From assembly GCA_016839745.1 (NCBI GenBank), contig JAEOTS010000104.1, forward strand, positions 1-15,213: DNA of 15,213 nucleotides, written 5' to 3'. Position numbers and translations under genes: made by a program. The notes under the pieces are model-generated. The model was not told the DNA's origin, searched no databases, and saw nothing but the letters and a program-made list of their open reading frames with translations. Below, piece by piece: positions 7,462 through 15,174 of this stretch; the stretch's first letter is position 1; each line of letters begins with the position of its first letter. Source of the DNA: Promethearchaeota archaeon. GTDB lineage: Archaea > Asgardarchaeota > Lokiarchaeia > Sigyniarchaeales > SOKP01.

Positions 7462-8007
7462 TTACTTTCTAGTCAATAATCCGATTTTTCCCCCTATTTT
7501 CTGTCTGGAGTTGCCTTCCGCAACGTCAAACACATTCTCGTCAATGAGATCGTAAATCGAGTGTTTTAAAGTAATTAACGGAATTTTCTGAATTTCATTT
7601 ATTTCTATTAACTCATCGATTGTAATCGATTCACCTGGAGATATAATAGATTTTATAAATTTCTTAATTTCAGCCAAATCAGTCGTAACGGTTAATATAT
7701 CGCGGTCGTCTTCTTTCACTAAAGATATTTTTGATACGCTTATTTCTGACATTAAGAATTTTACCTGTTCTTCAAGGAGTTTAACTCTCCCTTTTAACTC
7801 TGAGATTTGATCTTTACTCGTTTTTTTAGGTATGGATTTTTGCTCGTAATACTTTTGGATGAGTTGGCTAAGTCGCGGTTCTTCAATACCAGCACTTTCT
7901 ATTTTTGATATTTTATAATCTTTTTTATCCTTTTTACTAGGTTTGATTCCGATTTCCTTTGATAACTTGTCTAATAAAGAAACGGTTAGATCGTTCAAAT
8001 TCGCCAT
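7462..8007 (-). CDS. Hypothetical nucleic-acid-binding protein (HeH/Rho-N-like + coiled coil + winged-helix-like)
   Basis: N-terminal LNDLTVSLLDKLSKEIGIKP, heptad segment ISELKGRVKLLEEQVKFL, C-terminal SITIDELI...LKHSIYDLIDENVF. The ORF is clear; the domain calls are inferred. Confidence 0.7.
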   Translation of the reverse strand: MANLNDLTVSLLDKLSKEIGIKPSKKDKKDYKISKIESAGIEEPRLSQLIQKYYEQKSIPKKTSKDQISELKGRVKLLEEQVKFLMSEISVSKISLVKEDDRDILTVTTDLAEIKKFIKSIISPGESITIDELIEINEIQKIPLITLKHSIYDLIDENVFDVAEGNSRQKIGGKIGLLTRK

Positions 8008-8199
8008 AAGAACTCATCCATTAAGATTTAGTGATAATAAAATATTCGGGGTTTAGGGAGTTATTATTTTAAATCAAATCTCATATATAACTTTTTAATC
8101 TCAAATTAAAAATTTTATTTTATAAGGTTAAAAAATTCTATAGAACGTAATTAAAACCCATTTCTATTACTTTCTTATATTCAAATTTAACAAGATTTA

Positions 8200-8206
8200 T
8201 TATAAA
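8200..8206 (+). promoter_or_regulatory. Putative TATA box of the cold-shock gene
   Basis: TTATAAA about 70 nt upstream of ATG 8276. Confidence 0.4.
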
Positions 8207-8275
8207 TGATTCTTACATCTTAGGTGAAGAGTATTGATTTAGAACGATACTCTATTTGTTTCAAAGGTTTTTTCG

Positions 8276-8527
8276 ATGGTTAAAGGAACAGTAAAGTGGT
8301 TTGATAGCCGAAAAGGCTATGGTTTCATAACTCGTGAAGATGGTTCTGGTGATATTTTCGTTCATTTCTCTGCTATCAAAGGAGAAGATGATGATTTCAA
8401 AATCATTTACGAAGGAGATATCGTGGAATTTGAAGTCACCGAGGGTGACAAAGGTCCTCAGGCAACTAATCTAACTATTGTCGAGAAGGGTCCGCGTCAG
8501 AGTTTTAGATCAGAAAGACGTTATTAA
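8276..8527 (+). CDS. cspA: Cold-shock domain protein (CspA family)
   Basis: [11 protein letters not shown]1 KGYGFI, RNP2 [25 protein letters not shown]. Confidence 0.96.
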   Translation: MVKGTVKWFDSRKGYGFITREDGSGDIFVHFSAIKGEDDDFKIIYEGDIVEFEVTEGDKGPQATNLTIVEKGPRQSFRSERRY

Positions 8528-8617
8528 AAATTAATTTAGTAATTAATTTGGAACGCGTGAAAGAGAAAGAAATATTTAAGGAAATGTCAGAAAAATAGAA
8601 ACGCATAAACTGCTCAT

Positions 8618-8667
8618 GGGAGGAGAATTTTACTTTTTATTAGTTTTTGATTTTTCCCCTTTTTTTT
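8618..8667 (+). terminator. Imperfect hairpin plus oligo-T, probable csp terminator
   Basis: GGGAGGAGAAT...ATTTTTCCCCT (several G-U pairs, one mismatch) running into a T8 tract. Confidence 0.35.
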
Positions 8668-8736
8668 ATTATCATTTTTAAAACATGGTTATAATGGAAA
8701 ATTATAAATGACTAAATTTTTATTATTGAATGTGAA

Positions 8737-9768
8737 ATGGTAGTCCTTTTCGAATCGTATGGAAATTTTACCTCAGGTCAGACTTCATACAGGGCTTTAA
8801 TTTCAAGAAAGTCCAGAGGAACGATTACATTAACAGATAAGGAATTCTTGTTTAAATCCGAAAAAGACAACATTTTGTTTCATTTGAGAACGAACAATAT
8901 TGAAAATTTCTCGGTAAAGAATCGATTCAAACTTCCAACTATAGAATTGATAAGCGTCCAAGGAATTAGTTACACCTTTTATCCACATAAAAAAGAGAGA
9001 GGTTCACTTACTACTTCAAAAAAAGCAACCGAAGATTTATTTAGGGAACTGACGCGTAGTACGTTTAAAAAGGAAAACCCCATTCTATTTGAAACTATAG
9101 GGAGTCTCAAGAACAGCGAATCGGAGGAAGCAATTTTTACATCTAAAATATTAACTGGAGTCATCTTTCTGAACGAGGATTACTTATCGTTTAAACCTTT
9201 TAGTGAGAAATCGATCACTCAAATCTCTATCTTAAATATTATCAATATCTCAAGAGATGCATCAAAATCAGGTCCTGCCGTAAACATTCAAACCAAAGAC
9301 GGTAAATTTTACTCGTTTACAACACTTAAAAAACACATCGGGAGGTATACAAAAGAAAAAGCTAAAACAGAAAGATTATTTGAGTTAATAAATCAGGCAA
9401 AAATATACAAATCGTCAGAGCAGACCCGGTTAGAAAAAGAAGAAAAAGAAAAAATCGATCGGGTTAAATCAATGATGGAAGTTTCACACAAATTAAGGCT
9501 TGATATGGTTAGAACGGCATTAGATATGAACGATAAACTGTTTACTGAAAAGGTTTTCCAATGGGCAAAGCAATTTAACTTCTTAATAGATGGAGATTAT
9601 TTAATTATTAATCAGGAAACAGCGACAGATTTCCTTAATGATTTATCTACAGGAACTAACATCTTATCTCGGAGGGGGATAAAGATAAGGTGTCGATTTT
9701 GCGAGAGGTTAATTGAATATGGGGCTAGAATTTGTCCCTATTGTGGAAAGGAAATCATTAATTCTTAA
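8737..9768 (+). CDS. Hypothetical protein: two PH/GRAM-like domains, a helical (winged-helix-like) domain and a C-terminal Zn ribbon
   Basis: Internal repeat (GTITLTDKEFLFK / GVIFLNEDYLSFK; TEDLFRELTR / TERLFELINQ) and CRFC-x10-CPYC. Confidence 0.75.
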   Translation: MVVLFESYGNFTSGQTSYRALISRKSRGTITLTDKEFLFKSEKDNILFHLRTNNIENFSVKNRFKLPTIELISVQGISYTFYPHKKERGSLTTSKKATEDLFRELTRSTFKKENPILFETIGSLKNSESEEAIFTSKILTGVIFLNEDYLSFKPFSEKSITQISILNIINISRDASKSGPAVNIQTKDGKFYSFTTLKKHIGRYTKEKAKTERLFELINQAKIYKSSEQTRLEKEEKEKIDRVKSMMEVSHKLRLDMVRTALDMNDKLFTEKVFQWAKQFNFLIDGDYLIINQETATDFLNDLSTGTNILSRRGIKIRCRFCERLIEYGARICPYCGKEIINS

Positions 9769-9907
9769 ATCTTTCCATTTTTATTCTACTCTTAAACTAG
9801 TTATTTTATGTTGTATTAACGCATTAAACAATTCATATTTCTTTATGAACATTTTCCTAAAAAATTATAAATAAGAAAAAGTTAGAAATAGAGAAGCTTT
9901 AGCTTTA

Positions 9908-10774
9908 CTATAACTCAATTTTACTTAAAATAGCTTTATAGAGATCATTAGCAAATTCTGGCTGATATCTTAGAATTTTATTAGAATCTAATGTTAAGAT
10001 TCGAAATTTTACAGCTATTTCGTTACTGTATTCTAAAACATGAAATCTGGGTCTAATACCGAAAATATCTACATATTTCGCGCAAATTTCGTTAAATTTA
10101 TCAATTACAATGCGGAAGTGTCTATAAGGTACTTGCATTTTAAAATTATAGGTATATACAATATCTTGGTCGTTCTCAGAGAACGATGTAAAGAAGTTTT
10201 TAATATCCGTTTCTTCTTGTTTTCTAATCTCTTCGTTGTAAACATCAATATCTAATCTTGCATTTCCTATGTCCTGAGGTGATCGCGTTTGTCTTTTAAA
10301 GTGAATGTATTTCTTCCTCGATGAGAGCTTTATAGTATAGTTCAAAACTATAGATGATACTACATCGGAATTAGAAATTTCTACAATTATACGATCCATG
10401 GTTTCAATGACCACTTTTGTAAGCGTAATAGATTTTATTACCCCTTTATGACCCCCAATTTTAACGACATCGCCAATACCGAAAGGATCCACTATCCATA
10501 TTAGCACCCCAGCAATAAAATTAGAAAAGATTCCGCTTAATATAAACGCTAATGCTGTGCTTACGGCTCCAGTTATTATTGCGGTATACTCCGTAGGAAG
10601 GGTAGTGAAAGATGGAAATCCATTGATTATGAAATATAATAAAATTAAAATTGATATTATTCTAAAAGCGAATAAAATTTTATTCTTCCTTGCTATTGGG
10701 ATTCTCACTAGACGATTAAATAGAATTGAGAGAAGTCTATTAAAAATGTATAATAAAAACACAATTAGCACCAC
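9908..10774 (-). CDS. mscS: Small-conductance mechanosensitive channel (MscS family), paralogue B
   Basis: ALAFILSGIFSNFIAGVLI, PFGIGDVVKIGGHKGVIKSITL, VEISNSDV...NYT. The true start may be ATA at 10816. Confidence 0.88.
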   Translation of the reverse strand: MVLIVFLLYIFNRLLSILFNRLVRIPIARKNKILFAFRIISILILLYFIINGFPSFTTLPTEYTAIITGAVSTALAFILSGIFSNFIAGVLIWIVDPFGIGDVVKIGGHKGVIKSITLTKVVIETMDRIIVEISNSDVVSSIVLNYTIKLSSRKKYIHFKRQTRSPQDIGNARLDIDVYNEEIRKQEETDIKNFFTSFSENDQDIVYTYNFKMQVPYRHFRIVIDKFNEICAKYVDIFGIRPRFHVLEYSNEIAVKFRILTLDSNKILRYQPEFANDLYKAILSKIEL

Positions 10775-10812
10775 AAAAATAAGAGCTATAATATCGGTTT
10801 CAAATATAGATA

Positions 10813-11760
10813 CTATTTTTCATCACCCTCGTCCTCTAATTTTGTTTCTGTAGAATTTTCGGGGTATTTTTCCCAATCTCGATAAATTCTATCAGGATAC
10901 AAAGTAAATAGAATGTCCCTTAAAAAGGAATCTAAATAGTTCAAAATTAGTGTAGGGTTATTTGATTTCACATATAAGAGAATACGAACACGTCCGAATC
11001 TCGTAGTGTCAATTGCATAACCGGGCATAATTCCGAATATTGGTTCGTAAACAATAAAGACACTCTTTAACATCTCATCAAGTAAATTAGGATCTATACT
11101 TCCTAAAATTTCTAATTTCTTTACATAAGTAGTTGTTTTTATTTTTGCGGTTAAAATCTTATTAATTAGCTTAAGATACTCTTTATAATCTCGCTTCTTG
11201 CGAAATTCTTCTCTTGTCAACGGTTCAAATATTTTAAACTTATCGTGAGTAAATTTGACTGTGGTAAATCCATACACATTGCTGTTGGGAATTACTACTT
11301 CCACTCCATCAAATTCTCGTATTTTAGTATAACTTAAATTGATTTCTTTTACAATTCCTTGAATTTCATTGGTCTCAATTAAATCTCCAATCTCAAATTG
11401 GTTTGAGGATAATAAGAGGGCCCCTGAGACCATGTTACTGATTATATTTTTAAAGTTTAAAGAAACTGCTATAACTAAGAACGGTACTATGGCAAAAAAT
11501 AATGTAGGATCAAATTCAATTAGAAACAAGAATAAGAAGATGCTCCAGATTACATTTACACTCATAGCAACAATAGTTCGGTAAGAACGCTTTTTAGTGA
11601 TAAACGCTGTAATACTAATCAGGGGCTTGCGTACTATATAAACAATTATATTTATCAAGATTAAATTTTTAACTACTTGCGTCCAAGTAGATAAGTAAAT
11701 TACTAACAACGCGAAGAGAGTAAGAATTAGATATATGAATAAATAGTATTTTTTCTTCAT
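10813..11760 (-). CDS. mscS: Small-conductance mechanosensitive channel (MscS family), paralogue A
   Basis: NIISNMVSGALL, QFEIGDLIE...QGIVKEINLSYTKIREFDGVEVVIPNS. ATG 11760 chosen; the ORF track starts at 11793. Confidence 0.88.
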   Translation of the reverse strand: MKKKYYLFIYLILTLFALLVIYLSTWTQVVKNLILINIIVYIVRKPLISITAFITKKRSYRTIVAMSVNVIWSIFLFLFLIEFDPTLFFAIVPFLVIAVSLNFKNIISNMVSGALLLSSNQFEIGDLIETNEIQGIVKEINLSYTKIREFDGVEVVIPNSNVYGFTTVKFTHDKFKIFEPLTREEFRKKRDYKEYLKLINKILTAKIKTTTYVKKLEILGSIDPNLLDEMLKSVFIVYEPIFGIMPGYAIDTTRFGRVRILLYVKSNNPTLILNYLDSFLRDILFTLYPDRIYRDWEKYPENSTETKLEDEGDEK

Positions 11761-11892
11761 AATTCTATATTTTGATTTCTTGTTTATAAACAATTTTTTT
11801 TCGTGGATGAATAAACTATATATTTTAATCTAACTAAGTTTTATTTAGGTTTAGAATTACGATTCTGTAAAAATTACGAGGTATATGAATAA

Positions 11893-12306
11893 ATGATGTA
11901 CAATAATCTAGATGATTTATCACCAGAAGACGAAGAGGAACTTCGTCGATTAGAAACACAGATTTCAGAATTATTCGCACTTCTGGAGAAAAGTGAACTT
12001 CAAATAGGTTTATTAAAGGACGAAAATTTCCAACTAAAAGCTCAAATCCAAAAATTGCAGCAACAACCAACACCTACTCAATATAAAAATCCCCAAGTCG
12101 AGACCATTAAAGTGCCAAAAGAAGTTGTTGCCACTGTTTCTCCGACTGATGAAAATATAAGAATAAATAAAAGAAAATGTCCAAATTGTGGAGCAGCAGG
12201 TTTTTCCATTAAAGAAGTTGATGATAAAACTCGTATAATTTGTTATGCGCCAAGAAGGATTTACATGAAAAAGAAAGTTTGCACTAAGTGCAGATTTGAG
12301 TTTTAA
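11893..12306 (+). CDS. Hypothetical coiled-coil protein with C-terminal Zn ribbon
   Basis: Acidic N-terminus, heptads LRRLETQISELFALLEK...LKAQIQKLQQ, CPNC...CTKC. SD GAGGT upstream. Confidence 0.8.
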   Translation: MMYNNLDDLSPEDEEELRRLETQISELFALLEKSELQIGLLKDENFQLKAQIQKLQQQPTPTQYKNPQVETIKVPKEVVATVSPTDENIRINKRKCPNCGAAGFSIKEVDDKTRIICYAPRRIYMKKKVCTKCRFEF

Positions 12307-12313
12307 ACTCTTT

Positions 12314-13036
12314 CTATTCTGCAATCATCTTCTTCCACCAATATGGATTAGGGATAGAGAGAAAACGATCCTTATCGAATAGTTTTATATCGTTTTCATT
12401 CAAAACAAATGCAATGCCACCCAAGAAAGGAACCCAATCTTGGTCGGGAGGTAATCCAAACCATCCGAATCTTAGCGCGATTAGAAATATATCATGAGTG
12501 ATATGGATATCTATCCCCTTTTCTTGTGCGTCCCTTATTCCTTTCCAGATAACTTCTGCTGCATTTTGGCAATACGTTTGAAATGGGGTTATTATATCAG
12601 GAGAATAGAAACCAACTGCCCAACGATACATAAATTCGAGAGGGGATTCATTTTTAAAAATATTTAAAAAGAATTTTGGAGCTGTTCCCGCGTGAAATAA
12701 GGGTGTTAGGGGTCCTTTTAAGGTTCCCCTTCCTCCAACACTTTCAAAACCCGTTAAAATATCTTCTGCTGTTTCTTTACAGCGTTCTACAACACTATGA
12801 AACAACCTAATTGTTCTTGATTTAGGTAACCCTTGACCAAAAATTTGAGCAATTTGATGACCTTGAGGTGTTAATTTTAACTCGTGGATCGATTCATTTT
12901 CTGTAGGATTATTGCGGTGAGAATGTCGCATAACTAATATTATTTTAGAGCCTTCTGGGAATTTTGAAACAACATTAACAATTTTACGCGCCTGTACAGT
13001 CCAATCGGCATTTTCCCAAATGTTTACCCCATCCAT
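12314..13036 (-). CDS. Histidine phosphatase (phosphoglycerate mutase-like) family protein
   Basis: ILVMRHS (RHG-like), LTPQG, SVVERCKETA, HITHD (second catalytic His). Confidence 0.88.
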   Translation of the reverse strand: MDGVNIWENADWTVQARKIVNVVSKFPEGSKIILVMRHSHRNNPTENESIHELKLTPQGHQIAQIFGQGLPKSRTIRLFHSVVERCKETAEDILTGFESVGGRGTLKGPLTPLFHAGTAPKFFLNIFKNESPLEFMYRWAVGFYSPDIITPFQTYCQNAAEVIWKGIRDAQEKGIDIHITHDIFLIALRFGWFGLPPDQDWVPFLGGIAFVLNENDIKLFDKDRFLSIPNPYWWKKMIAE

Positions 13037-13105
13037 CTTATAAAAGTAAAAGAAACAAGACTAAAAAAGTTAATTTAAGCCTAAATCGAAAATTGAAATA
13101 AGACT

Positions 13106-13672
13106 TTATTGTGTTAACAGCTGAATATTCCCATAAACCAATAATTTTTCAATAATACTTTGAAACAATAAATCCACATTTTCTCCGGTTTTTGAAGAAC
13201 ATTCGATGTAATCGAAATTTTTTCGTACTGTACAAATAGCTACAATATCCTCCCAATTAAAAGATCTATGGTCTTCTAAATCTAATTTTCCACCAACTAC
13301 TATTAAAGGAAATTTTGGATCCTGATTATTAAGTCCTTCGTTGAATGTTAGAAGCCATTTATCTATATTCGTAATGCTATCGCGATTAGTAATATCACAC
13401 ATAAAAATAGCGGCAGAAGATCCTTGTGCATAGCTAGGTAAAAGCGAGTTAAACCGAGATTCGCCCGCAAAATCCCAAATTTGAAGTTTTATGCGCGCTG
13501 AGTCTGTTTCAATGAATTTCATTAGAATATCTGCTCCTATAGTTGATTTTAGATCACGATCAAATTTAGCAGTTATATATCGGTTGATCAATGTTGACTT
13601 ACCAACACCAGAATCTCCAAATACACACATTTTGAAAGCTAAATTAAGTTTCTCCATTTTTATATTACTCAA
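13106..13672 (-). CDS. Rab/Ras-like small GTPase (eukaryotic signature protein)
   Basis: G1 GDSGVGKS, G2 STIG, G3 WDFAGE, G4 GKLD, G5 CSSK, and RabF-like IGAD, KLQIW, RFNSL. Alternative start ATG 13657. Confidence 0.93.
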   Translation of the reverse strand: MSNIKMEKLNLAFKMCVFGDSGVGKSTLINRYITAKFDRDLKSTIGADILMKFIETDSARIKLQIWDFAGESRFNSLLPSYAQGSSAAIFMCDITNRDSITNIDKWLLTFNEGLNNQDPKFPLIVVGGKLDLEDHRSFNWEDIVAICTVRKNFDYIECSSKTGENVDLLFQSIIEKLLVYGNIQLLTQ

Positions 13673-13724
13673 CCTAATTGATGCTGTTAGCTGTAGTGAG
13701 CCTTCAAAGCATTATTCTCATACC

Positions 13725-13776
13725 AAAAACCTAAGAAAGTATAATATTATTACTAGAAAAATAATATACTTTCCTA
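13725..13776 (-). terminator. Hairpin plus U-tract upstream of the GTPase gene
   Basis: GAAAGTATA (13735-13743) / TATACTTTC (13765-13773). On the minus strand this extends to a 12-bp stem with one G-U pair and is followed by GGTTTTT. Confidence 0.4.
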
Positions 13777-13849
13777 TTACTCATTCTATGCTTTTATGTT
13801 TTTAAACTTATCTGAAATTAGACCCAAATCACGAGGATTTTCCCGTTTT

Positions 13850-13992
13850 TCACGTGCCAAACAGGTTTAAGATTAATGGAAATATTATTCCGATTAGTGA
13901 TAAAACTAGAGCAATTATTAGCACTATAATTGATACCCAGAAATAACCAAGAGAATTACTATTCCAATAATACTCTTTGTTTTAAAATTCAT
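13850..13992 (-). other. Unannotated small hydrophobic ORF(s): either a frameshifted membrane peptide or two coupled peptides
   Basis: GAGGTGA-4 nt-ATG at 13992 gives MNFKTKSIIGIVILLVISGYQL*. An overlapping frame encodes VSIIVLIIALVLSLIGIIFPLILNLFGT* ending at 13850. Confidence 0.55.
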
Positions 13993-14136
13993 AAATTCAC
14001 CTCTACATTTTTGTAAATTTTTAAATTATAGTGTATTTTTAGATACATAGTAATTTAAATATGACTCATCTTAGATAAATTTCAAATTGAAGCGGATTTT
14101 AATTGATATTTAGATATATATAAGATTTGATATTCA

Positions 14137-15174
14137 ATGGAAGATAATCTTAATAATTTAGAGATCGTTATTTATGGAGCCGGTGCGATTGGTGCTTCTA
14201 TTTGTGGGTGGTTAACTCCTCACTACAATAAAGTATCTTTATTAGCTCGAGGAGAAAATGCTCGCGCAATGAAAAGTAAAGGTTTGATCATGTATCAAAA
14301 CTCACCGGATAATAAACAAGTAATTAAGGTCAATATTATCGAAGATTTAAATGAAAAACCGAACGCAGATGTTGTTATAATCACAGTCAAAAACTACGAC
14401 CTTGAAGAAGTAGCAAAAGACATTTACTCTAAGCTTGGAAATAAACCAATTATCCTTGCTCTACAAAATGGAACTGAGAATCAAAATATTTTACCGCAAT
14501 ATTTTTCAAAGATAATATACGGGGTTATAATGGTGTCCGCATGGAGAGATGATCCCGGTGTATTTGGTCATAGAATCAAAGGTTATGCTATTATTGGTAC
14601 TTTAAATAACACACTTCAAGCTGAAATGAAGGATATTAAGAATAGCTTTATTGGTGGTTTCAAACTTAGAATTTCTCAAACTATTCAAGATGCAATCCAC
14701 ACTAAATTGGTTTTCAATTTATCAAACTCAATCCTAACGTTAATTAATCACACTAAAATAGATAAAGAATCGGCTCCAAAATTTGGTCATATTTACTATA
14801 GAACTCTAGTTGAGGGAATTAATACATTAGAAGCAGCTGGATTCAAAGAACATAGGTTACCCGGATTAGTTCCCTGGAGCGTATTGCAAAAGACCGCCAA
14901 GGAATCAGACGAAACACCAGGAACGATGGTTCTAAATCAGTTAAAGGGTGTTGGTCCAAATAGTATGACTCAAGATATCATCATACGCCAAAAATCTCAA
15001 TCCGAACTTGAACATTTAAATGGATATCTCATAAGTCTTGCGAAAAAAATAGGCATTTCGGCTCCCTATAGTAGCACAATCTATGAGCTTTGTAAATTTC
15101 AATTCCAAAAAAAACCTTTCAAACAATTAGAAGTAGAGGAAGTATGGGAGATTATCCAGCAAAAATTAAATTGA
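14137..15174 (+). CDS. panE: Ketopantoate reductase (PanE/ApbA) family oxidoreductase
   Basis: IYGAGAIG Rossmann motif, ITVKNYD, LQNG, catalytic Lys in TKLVFN, SMTQD, SELEHLNG. Confidence 0.88.
   Translation: MEDNLNNLEIVIYGAGAIGASICGWLTPHYNKVSLLARGENARAMKSKGLIMYQNSPDNKQVIKVNIIEDLNEKPNADVVIITVKNYDLEEVAKDIYSKLGNKPIILALQNGTENQNILPQYFSKIIYGVIMVSAWRDDPGVFGHRIKGYAIIGTLNNTLQAEMKDIKNSFIGGFKLRISQTIQDAIHTKLVFNLSNSILTLINHTKIDKESAPKFGHIYYRTLVEGINTLEAAGFKEHRLPGLVPWSVLQKTAKESDETPGTMVLNQLKGVGPNSMTQDIIIRQKSQSELEHLNGYLISLAKKIGISAPYSSTIYELCKFQFQKKPFKQLEVEEVWEIIQQKLN

Noticed and set aside
8548-8598. 16-codon TTG ORF (LERVKEKEIFKEMSEK) after csp
   Set aside because: There is no SD, the start is weak and the ORF is too short to support. 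It is more likely purine-rich 3' UTR.
221-13805. Antisense or overlapping ORFs in the track (221-406, 1094-1300, 2375-2752, 2787-2996, 3549-3776, 4446-4682, 6032-6241, 6362-6667, 7036-7248, 8979-9164, 10040-10255, 10557-10853, 11369-11584, 11834-12073, 12034-12324, 13491-13805)
   Set aside because: They are shadows of well-supported genes on the opposite strand and show no recognisable motifs.
14062-14068. TGACTCA AP-1-like site upstream of panE
   Set aside because: A single 7-mer is expected by chance and there is no supporting context.
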